Source: a virus. From it: a stretch of 64,000 bases of DNA. Every line of letters starts with the position of its first letter. Position 1 is the first letter of the stretch. This document shows, one piece after another, positions 44,759 to 52,790 of the stretch. The notes beneath the pieces were generated by a model. The model was given only the letters and a program-made list of their open reading frames with translations. It did no database searches and was not told where the DNA came from. The position numbers and the translations under genes were made by a program. The stretch covers positions 1 through 64,000 of the IMG/VR virus record IMGVR_UViG_3300048074_000120; one strand, given 5' to 3'.

Positions 44759-45323
44759 TCTGTAAATGGGCCCAGCGCTTACCGCCGCAAATACGACTTA
44801 CCTGCATGGTCCCTACGCCAAATTTCACCGACAGTTGCTCTAACGTCCAGCCCTTGCCGCGTAACTTCAGTATTTGAAGTACATTCTTCTCAGTAAGCTT
44901 AGATCTGCCGTGAGCAGATCCTCTGGCCTTATTCGCACGACCCTTGCGCAGCATACCCTGCATGTTGTCTCGCTGTGTACCCAGGAACAGGTGCCTGACA
45001 CAACTTCGAACATCACACCTATGGAGCACCTGCATGCCCGTCGGCACCTCCCCATGCTTCATTTCCCAGGCTGCCCTGTGTACTGACACCTGGTTTCTTG
45101 AGTCCTGACGTTTCACCCTGGCATATCCATTACTTTCCAACTTCCCGGTCCACAGCCAACAGCAAGTCTTCATACCAGGGGCTATTGGTCCGTTCTTATT
45201 GACTCGTGCCCAGAATCTACTGGCAAAGTCTCCACGAAACTCCCTGGCGCAATCTCTAGAGCAGCACACGTTAGAAAGACTGGTTGGGCTGAACCTCACC
45301 CGGCAATTGGCACAAGCTCGCAT
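44724..45323 (-). CDS. HNH homing endonuclease with C-terminal HTH
   Basis: RFWARVNKNG...CWLW...HRAAW...VLHRCDVRSCVRHLFLGTQRDNM. Confidence 0.9.
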   Translation of the reverse strand: MRACANCRVRFSPTSLSNVCCSRDCAREFRGDFASRFWARVNKNGPIAPGMKTCCWLWTGKLESNGYARVKRQDSRNQVSVHRAAWEMKHGEVPTGMQVLHRCDVRSCVRHLFLGTQRDNMQGMLRKGRANKARGSAHGRSKLTEKNVLQILKLRGKGWTLEQLSVKFGVGTMQVSRICGGKRWAHLQTRQLPEDTVGR

Positions 45324-45329
45324 AACCTC

Positions 45330-45357
45330 ATTCTAACGAGTATTACTTTGGTGTCAA
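45330..45357 (-). promoter_or_regulatory. sigma70-type promoter for the HNH gene, probably leaderless
   Basis: TTGACA-N16-TAGAAT, then 6 nt to the ATG at 45323. Confidence 0.6.
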
Positions 45358-45366
45358 CCACTAAGG

Positions 45367-48249
45367 TTAGCCCTGGTAGGTTGGGCCCGAGTACGAGGAC
45401 CAGACACTACCCACAGCGTTGGCATCCTTGCTCGGAGCAATGACGTCAGGACGTGGCTTCGTTATCATGGAAGCTAGGAAACAATAGAGGATCGAATGGA
45501 AGGCATCATCAGTCTTGCCTGCCGTATGCCCGTATTGAATCATGCGAATCTTCTCGTTGTACTCACTGAAGATGTTCAGCATGTCCTGCCCGTAGGGGGC
45601 CTTGAATTCCTTCCAGCGAGGGAACTCGAGAACGGTGCCACGCTTGATGGAATTGAAGATGGCGCTCATCACTTCTGTGCGGTGGGTTATCCAGCGCTGT
45701 AGCTTGTTCTCCCAGCGGACCTTGGCTGACAGTCGAGCTGCGTACTGATAACGCATCACACGCTCACGCCCAAAGCGGCGAACCAAAAAATCGTTTGGGT
45801 AATGGCCACCACCATAGTCGGCGCCAATAATACGGACGTTGTACGCGCGCAGCACTTCTTCGATCTTCTGCAGCTGTCGCTCAGGCTCAGTGTCCTCACC
45901 GACAAAACGGTGAATGTAGAAAATCCGAAACTTACTCCCGATGTACGTGCCAAGACTCAGCACCGTGTAGCTATGCTCGCCCGTATTCCCTTGATAAGAA
46001 ATGCAACCATTGCGCTCAGTAACAATATACCCAGTAGGTACGGCACAACAGTAAACTCTGCCCTTGTACGGGACATGCGCGATCGAATTGGATGGGGTAT
46101 TGAACGAGTAATCCCCCGCCATAGACCACATAACTCTCCACCGTGGTTTTCTATTACCCTCAGCGGGCTTGTGCAAACGAACTACAGCGCGCAGCCCAAT
46201 ACGAATACAAAGCTCCTGGAAATCTTCGCAAAGACCCTTTGAGGTTGAGTAGAAAGCCCCTCCAGTGCAGCCTTCACGGGGATCGTCATAGCCATCCCCA
46301 TCTACCAGAGCCCGAAACAATACCCAAAGCTGCTCTGGCGCTAATTCCAAGAACTCCCGGGGTATACGCTTACTATCACAAGAAACTCCGATACTGTCTG
46401 CGTACCACTGCCAATACTGCTTTCCGTAAATTGTCCAATTCACATCACCAGTACTCGCGTTTGGGAACGTGCTGAACTGCACGCCCATCCGCTCCATGCA
46501 GCTTTGCATCTTCAGGTATGTCTCATAGTTGACAGTTTCGCGCTGAGACATTTTCAGACAGGATGGGCGCCCCTTGTCAAAGCACAGACCGCCCTCAGTA
46601 ATCAAATACCCGAGTAGTTCAAGCCAGTCATTCATTTTGAATGTAACGGCGTCAGAGCCCGAATACCCGGAGCTGACAGGTAAGCCTGGCAATACGAAAT
46701 TTTCCCTAAACTCACCAACCCAATTCAGAGCACCTACGAACTTTACGTTTCCGCCTCGATCTGCGAGTTGCCCAGCTGACTCAGTAACCCACTTCTCACC
46801 TTGTGAAGTCCCAACGCGCATGCGGTGAGTATGCGTCACCATCAAGTCCATCCCGCCCTTAGTTTTGAAATGCAGTAGAGGCTGGTCCCACTCTCGAACA
46901 GTCCTAGCCTTGGGTAGTACGAAGGTCATCTCTCGGCTGTCAGGATCCCACTGAGCTACCTTATCCGCATCCGTCAGATCCCTAAAATACTTGAAGCCAG
47001 TCCCTGTAAGTATCCTCGTCTCTTCGTCATGGCAGCCCCAGTCGATCCCAGCAAAGATCTCCTGACCAAAGCCAAGCGCCTGGTACTTGTGGGCGTCGGC
47101 CATGAACACATTCTCGTTGCAACACGCACGAATCTGAGCATTCGTCAGCGGGCGCAGCCCCGTGTCGTAGGAAATCCCAAGGACTTCGTTGTAGAACTTG
47201 TTTCGACCGTAGTGCTCGAAGTTGTAGAGAAGTTCATCCCAGTCGAGCCACGGCACCATGAGCTGAGGGATGCGGAACCCCTCAAAGGGCGTGTGCACTG
47301 GGTCGTACTCAACGGAGCATGCCCACTGGGCATCGTCCGTCATCGGGAAGATCTGTTTGCCGCACTTCTCACAGATGAGGTGGTGCAGCCCAATGTTCTT
47401 CTCGCCAAGAATGTTCCAGAACCTGCCTGCCTCACCGATGGTGCAGTCGCAAGGGACAACCCACTGGTTCTGCGTGGAGCGATTTGCCCAGTAGTCTTCA
47501 ATAACGTTGTCCAGCGTTAGCGGCGTGCCTGAGTAAACGTATCGCTTCAACTCCTCAGGCGAGTGGGATAGGCACTGCTCGATGACGGGGATGTTATCGG
47601 CAAGGATGTTCTGAATCTCGTCGATATCCAGCATGTGCGCGGGGACGCCGCGGGCACGGTCTGCATTCAAGAAGGCATTACGGAGGGTAATCTTCGACCG
47701 ATTGACGAACTGCTTTTCGAAGATGTTCTGCGAGAGCATGTGCGTTGTGAACGCGCGCAGCACCGGGCTTGTCTCGATGGGCTCCTTGATACGGTCATTC
47801 GAAAAGGTCTTCGTCTGCGTCGCCGACGGACTGACGTAAAGAACTTTGTAAGAAGGGATGAGGCAGCAGTAGCTCAACGAGCGGTTACCAAGCAGCGTGG
47901 ACTTCTCCACCTGGCGACCACACATAAGAAGGATTCTTCGAATCGGCGTGTCGTAGATTTGACGGAGGTGCCGACGGCCTTCGAACGAGAAGTTCTCATA
48001 CCCATCCGGCGTGGGCATGCGAAAGGCATACTCGGTAAACGCCGAGGGAAGTATCTGAGGCATGACGTCGTTTTCGACGTAAGGATCAAACTCATCCTCA
48101 AAGCAGTCCTGGTATTCCTCTGCCTCGGGAACCCAGTAACCCCCAAATTGTATTTTCTGTAGCTCCTCATCTGAAAGCGGTGTACCCTCAGCACCAGTAT
48201 CGTCTGGATGCTCAGAGATGTCTGACGGGTAAACCTCAACGGCGGCCAT
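45367..48249 (-). CDS. terL: Terminase large subunit (GpA-like) containing an intein
   Basis: CGRQVEKST Walker A-like, MLDIDEIQ Walker B, YSGTP, CEKCG zinc site, nuclease GIDWG...DDAFHS. Confidence 0.9.
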   Translation of the reverse strand: MAAVEVYPSDISEHPDDTGAEGTPLSDEELQKIQFGGYWVPEAEEYQDCFEDEFDPYVENDVMPQILPSAFTEYAFRMPTPDGYENFSFEGRRHLRQIYDTPIRRILLMCGRQVEKSTLLGNRSLSYCCLIPSYKVLYVSPSATQTKTFSNDRIKEPIETSPVLRAFTTHMLSQNIFEKQFVNRSKITLRNAFLNADRARGVPAHMLDIDEIQNILADNIPVIEQCLSHSPEELKRYVYSGTPLTLDNVIEDYWANRSTQNQWVVPCDCTIGEAGRFWNILGEKNIGLHHLICEKCGKQIFPMTDDAQWACSVEYDPVHTPFEGFRIPQLMVPWLDWDELLYNFEHYGRNKFYNEVLGISYDTGLRPLTNAQIRACCNENVFMADAHKYQALGFGQEIFAGIDWGCHDEETRILTGTGFKYFRDLTDADKVAQWDPDSREMTFVLPKARTVREWDQPLLHFKTKGGMDLMVTHTHRMRVGTSQGEKWVTESAGQLADRGGNVKFVGALNWVGEFRENFVLPGLPVSSGYSGSDAVTFKMNDWLELLGYLITEGGLCFDKGRPSCLKMSQRETVNYETYLKMQSCMERMGVQFSTFPNASTGDVNWTIYGKQYWQWYADSIGVSCDSKRIPREFLELAPEQLWVLFRALVDGDGYDDPREGCTGGAFYSTSKGLCEDFQELCIRIGLRAVVRLHKPAEGNRKPRWRVMWSMAGDYSFNTPSNSIAHVPYKGRVYCCAVPTGYIVTERNGCISYQGNTGEHSYTVLSLGTYIGSKFRIFYIHRFVGEDTEPERQLQKIEEVLRAYNVRIIGADYGGGHYPNDFLVRRFGRERVMRYQYAARLSAKVRWENKLQRWITHRTEVMSAIFNSIKRGTVLEFPRWKEFKAPYGQDMLNIFSEYNEKIRMIQYGHTAGKTDDAFHSILYCFLASMITKPRPDVIAPSKDANAVGSVWSSYSGPTYQG
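45985..47034 (-). mobile_element. Intein with LAGLIDADG homing endonuclease (350 aa)
   Basis: GIDWG|CHDEETRILT...VTHTHRM...LGYLITEG...LVDGDG...VYCCAVPTGYIVTERNGCISYQGN|TG. Confidence 0.9.
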
Positions 48250-48646
48250 GTTTCCTCCAGAACCTACAAAGAACCCCCAAGTGCTGACTCAAAACATGTG
48301 GGGATCTCTCAAGCGAGCAGCAGATGGGCATTGGGGGGATGAAGCAACCGTAAACCCAGAGGGCCAAGGGTTCAAGATTACATTACGACTCTCGCAAAAG
48401 ATTGAACCCTCAATTTGGAAGATTGCCTCCAAATACATCCAAAGATACTCTCGAGCATCCCACTGGAAAGTATCGAGGCTGTCGCATCGACGTGGCTATA
48501 TCGAGCTGTACGCGGAGTATTCGCCACCCAAACCTAAGAAGAAGTGGGATGGGCGTAAGCGGCGTCGATTGCCTGGTCCAGTTGAGCAAAAAACTTCAGA
48601 ACAAAAGACTCCGGGTCCAGCTGCCGGGCAAACCCGCCAGCCTTGA
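48248..48646 (+). CDS. Basic hypothetical protein
   Basis: 132-aa ORF divergent from terL, sharing the CATG. Confidence 0.45.
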   Translation: MFPPEPTKNPQVLTQNMWGSLKRAADGHWGDEATVNPEGQGFKITLRLSQKIEPSIWKIASKYIQRYSRASHWKVSRLSHRRGYIELYAEYSPPKPKKKWDGRKRRRLPGPVEQKTSEQKTPGPAAGQTRQP

Positions 48647-48974
48647 AGTACCAACTGGTCATCTCCACGATGTACTGGGCCATGATGACAGGGAGCGTGG
48701 CCTTGAAGTAATGCTCTGCCACGGGGCTTAGTACTTGCGGGAATGCCCGCTGCCAACGCAGCAGATGCTCTTCAATCATCTTGAAACCATCCCCCACTTG
48801 CACGTACTGCTCCCGCGGCGGGAAGAAATGAATGATGATGTCGCCGTCTACGAAGGCGTACTCTGCAAGAAATGTGGTGTACTCCTCAACCTTGGTGAAC
48901 TTCACCGTGGCATCCAGCACATTGGCAACGGCCACAGGTATTCCACCTAGTTCTTCTTTAGTCACGGTCTGCAT
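48534..48974 (-). CDS. Hypothetical protein
   Basis: Track ORF 48534..49019; likely start MQTVTK. Confidence 0.6.
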   Translation of the reverse strand: MQTVTKEELGGIPVAVANVLDATVKFTKVEEYTTFLAEYAFVDGDIIIHFFPPREQYVQVGDGFKMIEEHLLRWQRAFPQVLSPVAEHYFKATLPVIMAQYIVEMTSWYFKAGGFARQLDPESFVLKFFAQLDQAIDAAYAHPTSS

Positions 48975-49977
48975 CGGCTGGATCCATCCCTTCGAATTCT
49001 GAGGCATCCACACCCTCAATCACATCTTCCTCATCAAGGTCATCCAAGATGTCTTCTTCGGGCTTGGGCTCAGGCTGTACGTTGATAGTATGGTTACCAG
49101 CAGTGAGCTGGCGCAAGGTAGGAACCACATTAGGCGTTGTAGCCACCGTGATTCGTTTCAGGTCTTCCCTCAAATTGGTCTCGGGATTGACCACGGCTTC
49201 CTTCAAACGGGACATCGTCTCGGCGACAGCGCCATATCCTTGAGAAATCTGTGCGCCGTTCTGACCGCCCATGATCGTGCCCTCTAGCGTCTTGAGCGTT
49301 GAGGTAATCATCGTGGCCTGGACGACGTTCTCCAGGTTGAGCCGCTTTGGCATCACGCCAAGGCCAAGCTGTGCGATGACAGAAGAGATGGGGGAAGCTG
49401 GCAGGCGAGCGGCGATTACCCGGGGGTCGTTGTGACGATTCTTGGATAGCGCAGGGAACTGCGTCATGTACTCGCTGCCCTCGGACCCATGATGAAAACC
49501 CCCGGTGTAGCGGAGTTCCAACAGCGAACGCAGCTGTGTGCTGTCGAGCAGGTCAATATTCCAATAGAAGAAACGATAGAGACGGATGGTGTCAGCATCC
49601 GCAACAAATCGATGGCGCACGCGAAGCGCATGCACCACTGCCTCGAAGGGGGCCTGTGCGATCAGAAGCGTCTCTACGAGTTCCCGCCAACGTGGTCGAC
49701 TAAGAATCCTGTTGGCCTTCTGCATTGACTTACCCGGGAGAAAGGCCTGCACCAAGTTCTCACGCAGCAGGTACTGGTACGACTTGATGTGTGACTGATC
49801 CTCTGGGTAGAAAGGCACCGGGGGACGCATCCGGTGCCTCAACCATTGGATGTACCAGTCTCCAAGGTAATCGAGGCCAAGCTCCATGGCCACATCTTGG
49901 ATGTGACCATCGGTGTAGCACTCGGGGTGAATGATCAGATACTTGAAGTAGTTCTCTGCGGGAGAGTGTCGGATCAT
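48958..49977 (-). CDS. Hypothetical protein; candidate terminase small subunit
   Basis: Upstream of terL; HTH-like RELVETLL...VVHAL...IRLY, helical C-half, acidic tail; function is inference only. Confidence 0.4.
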   Translation of the reverse strand: MIRHSPAENYFKYLIIHPECYTDGHIQDVAMELGLDYLGDWYIQWLRHRMRPPVPFYPEDQSHIKSYQYLLRENLVQAFLPGKSMQKANRILSRPRWRELVETLLIAQAPFEAVVHALRVRHRFVADADTIRLYRFFYWNIDLLDSTQLRSLLELRYTGGFHHGSEGSEYMTQFPALSKNRHNDPRVIAARLPASPISSVIAQLGLGVMPKRLNLENVVQATMITSTLKTLEGTIMGGQNGAQISQGYGAVAETMSRLKEAVVNPETNLREDLKRITVATTPNVVPTLRQLTAGNHTINVQPEPKPEEDILDDLDEEDVIEGVDASEFEGMDPADADRD

Positions 49978-52133
49978 CCCTGGAAAGCTATCACCTTCAG
50001 GCCCTCGATGACATCCTCGAGCGCACGAATAGCGCGTTCGATGGAGCCCTCCGGTACTTCACGTAGCCCAATCCTTGAACCAATCAGAAGCTCACAGAGG
50101 CGTCGTTGCGCCTCATCGAGCGTCGGAAGGTAGCCAACATACGTCGCCAAGTTCTCAGGATTGATGAAGCCGAGGGAGAGCACGGTGTCAACGGCAACCG
50201 GGTCCGTAATGGCTGCCGCTTCTTTCCACAGGCGGTGCCTAAATACCGGCGTTGACTCAAGAAATGCCTGAGCCGCCGTGTAACTCTCTCCACGCAGTTC
50301 AGACGCCAGCTTCAACTGATGCCCCACCCGCACGGTCTCCACACGGCTTGCGCCGGCGCAGGCCGAGGCGAGCTTCTGCTGGGCATAGCTGGGGTTGGCC
50401 CCAAGACCTACCAAAACAAATAGCGCACGGTCCTGGGTCAAGAACTCACGATCATCCGAAGCCAACTTCTCCACAGGAAAGCCGCGCAACGAGAAACAGT
50501 CGGCGCCGCCCGAGCGAACTTCCACCGAGGCAAGCTGACGCTGCACGGACGCCGTCTTACCCACATCCGCAGGGGACTCCGCCAATGAAATCTCAGCAGC
50601 CTGGTCCAAAGGGATCCAGCACCATCCGTCAGGGATGATCATCGTCCCATCAACGCCGACCACCGTCGCGACATAGGGCTGCACGCTCACCTGCACCTGC
50701 CGGCCATCAAAGGTCTCCGCCTGAAACCTGGGCTGATCATCCGTGCCTGGGCTCTGCATCGTGGCGCCAAGGGTCAACGGGAGCGTTGCGCACGGAACGC
50801 CACCGGCATCCGTGAAGAACACTCCGTGACCACTAGCCTGCCCGGCCGGCACTGAACCGGGAGGAGTGAACTCACCCACGGGCACGCCGGAGATATCCGA
50901 CTGCACCGCGGCATGCACACCATCGGTAAAGAGCGCGATCGGCAATGAGCTGCCATCAGTGTCGAGGAGATTAGGCAGCACCATGCCCGTCAGCATCTCA
51001 CCGTCGACGGCCTGCACCTGGTACATCCCCGGGGCCGAAATGGGACCAGCACCGGTGCCAAGAGGCGCACCCATGCCCGCTTCCGACACCCCTTCGCCGT
51101 CTGCCATCGTCACAGCGCCGGACATATCTGCGGCAAGCGCCACTTTGCCCCCGTAGCGTCGAACCACTTCACCACGATCTACGGTTTCAGACGTGGGCTC
51201 CCACGCATGATGACTCGCCGTCTTGACGGAGTAACCTTCAGCGAGCTTGACGACCTGCGTCACGCTAGGACGAATGTGGCTTTGTAGCGCTGAGGCTCGC
51301 TTCTCAATCGTGGTTGGAGTCGCAGAGCCAATACGCAAAATGGATCCGTGCGCGGCAACGTTCTCGGCAAAGGCCAACTTGATGTTGTGGTCACGAAGGC
51401 TCTCTTTGAACGCCTGCAAGTCAGTCACATTTGCCGTAGGCAGCACGGCATCCAGGATGGACGCAGTCTTGGTGGGCGACTTAGCCACCGCGGCATCTAG
51501 CGCAGCCAAGCGCATTCCGTGCAGCTGCTTTGATGAAGTGGCGGCTGCCGTCTTCTCAGACGAGCACTCACTTTCTAGCCATTGCTCGAGCGAAGCCGTC
51601 TTTGACGCGGTCTTTCCACCCATACCGGCACCAGCGGCAACACCGCCTCCGCCGAAGCCATAGTTCTGGCGGTAAGGCGGGTACAACTGCCCAATCATGG
51701 ACTGGTCGCCGGGGGTCTTACTGGTGACGTCAAAGTTCTGCGGGCGGAACATCGCTTGGCGCAAGCGCCCTTCCGTCAACGGCAGTGCCCGCGCATCATC
51801 CGTGAGAACTACATCAAACGGAGAGAGTTTTCCGTCCTTGATGATGACAGGAATACGCGCCGTGCGAATCCCCGCTGCCTTGAGCTGCTCTGGAGGAGAT
51901 GTCATTGGAGCCTCTGTCTTGTTCGTCACTTCAACGTGACCAAGGCCATACCCGCGCTCCCCATCAACCGTCTCCATGTTCACGTGCATGTCGAAGTCGG
52001 CCAAGTAGGGGACCTGCTTATATAGCTCCTGCAGCACAGCATCAATCCACTGATTGGGATCTTCCGGCAGCGCGGTCTCCGCAGCTGTCTTTTCAAATAC
52101 AAGTTGCGGAACGGTGTAGAGTGCCTGAGTCAT
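49974..52133 (-). CDS. Large putative head-internal protein
   Basis: 719 aa with about 16 K-x-A motifs, mostly KTAS/KTAA/KLAS. Confidence 0.75.
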   Translation of the reverse strand: MTQALYTVPQLVFEKTAAETALPEDPNQWIDAVLQELYKQVPYLADFDMHVNMETVDGERGYGLGHVEVTNKTEAPMTSPPEQLKAAGIRTARIPVIIKDGKLSPFDVVLTDDARALPLTEGRLRQAMFRPQNFDVTSKTPGDQSMIGQLYPPYRQNYGFGGGGVAAGAGMGGKTASKTASLEQWLESECSSEKTAAATSSKQLHGMRLAALDAAVAKSPTKTASILDAVLPTANVTDLQAFKESLRDHNIKLAFAENVAAHGSILRIGSATPTTIEKRASALQSHIRPSVTQVVKLAEGYSVKTASHHAWEPTSETVDRGEVVRRYGGKVALAADMSGAVTMADGEGVSEAGMGAPLGTGAGPISAPGMYQVQAVDGEMLTGMVLPNLLDTDGSSLPIALFTDGVHAAVQSDISGVPVGEFTPPGSVPAGQASGHGVFFTDAGGVPCATLPLTLGATMQSPGTDDQPRFQAETFDGRQVQVSVQPYVATVVGVDGTMIIPDGWCWIPLDQAAEISLAESPADVGKTASVQRQLASVEVRSGGADCFSLRGFPVEKLASDDREFLTQDRALFVLVGLGANPSYAQQKLASACAGASRVETVRVGHQLKLASELRGESYTAAQAFLESTPVFRHRLWKEAAAITDPVAVDTVLSLGFINPENLATYVGYLPTLDEAQRRLCELLIGSRIGLREVPEGSIERAIRALEDVIEGLKVIAFQG

Positions 52134-52143
52134 TCGCTAGCTC

Positions 52144-52788
52144 CTAACTGATCTTGATAATACCGCCCATAGCAGCAAAAACGGCAGGGTCTTCAGTCAC
52201 GAGGATAACCCCACTGACTATTCTGCTCGGGGGAATGGGGTCGTCCGGACCAAGTCCCACCGCAAAAGCCGCTGCGATCTCATTTCCGGTCAAACCCAAT
52301 GGGTCTCCTGTAAAGGACAGAAGATGTACTGGGCCTGCCGATAGCGCTGCCGTAATCTGGGCTACAAAACGCAACGCTGGAATCTTCACGGCAACTCCCG
52401 CAGCTAAAAGGGCACTGATGCCACCGAGCTTTAGGGCAAGACTTGCTTGTAGCGCTGCCATCGCTGAGATCTGTGCGCTGACTTGAAGCGACACCATGGG
52501 CAACCCCAAGGACAGGGCAAGCGCCAAAGATGCCTGCAGATTGGCAAGCGCCATGATAGTGGCTTGTATTGCCAGCGCCGGAGAAGACAAGCTGAGTGAC
52601 AGCTGAAGTTGTGCTGATATCGCCGCGGAGAACTGCGCCTGAAGGTCCGCCATAAACGGACCAAGGCCAAACTGCCCTGTAAGAAACAAGTCGAGTTGTA
52701 GCAACAATGGGTTTAGCAAACCGATGCCGGCAAGGAGACCAATATTGATCTCACCCAAGGTAAAACTACCAACGCTCGTCAATGCCAC
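52144..52788 (-). CDS. Extremely hydrophobic Leu/Ala-rich protein
   Basis: Central ~100 aa almost free of charged residues; directly downstream of the spike gene. Confidence 0.7.
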   Translation of the reverse strand: MALTSVGSFTLGEINIGLLAGIGLLNPLLLQLDLFLTGQFGLGPFMADLQAQFSAAISAQLQLSLSLSSPALAIQATIMALANLQASLALALSLGLPMVSLQVSAQISAMAALQASLALKLGGISALLAAGVAVKIPALRFVAQITAALSAGPVHLLSFTGDPLGLTGNEIAAAFAVGLGPDDPIPPSRIVSGVILVTEDPAVFAAMGGIIKIS

Positions 52789-52790
52789 GG

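Noticed and set aside
49974-52133. Portal protein call based on size and position near terminase
   Set aside because: No portal-like pattern recognised; multiple K-x-A linkers and Gly/Pro-rich segments fit a processed internal head protein better
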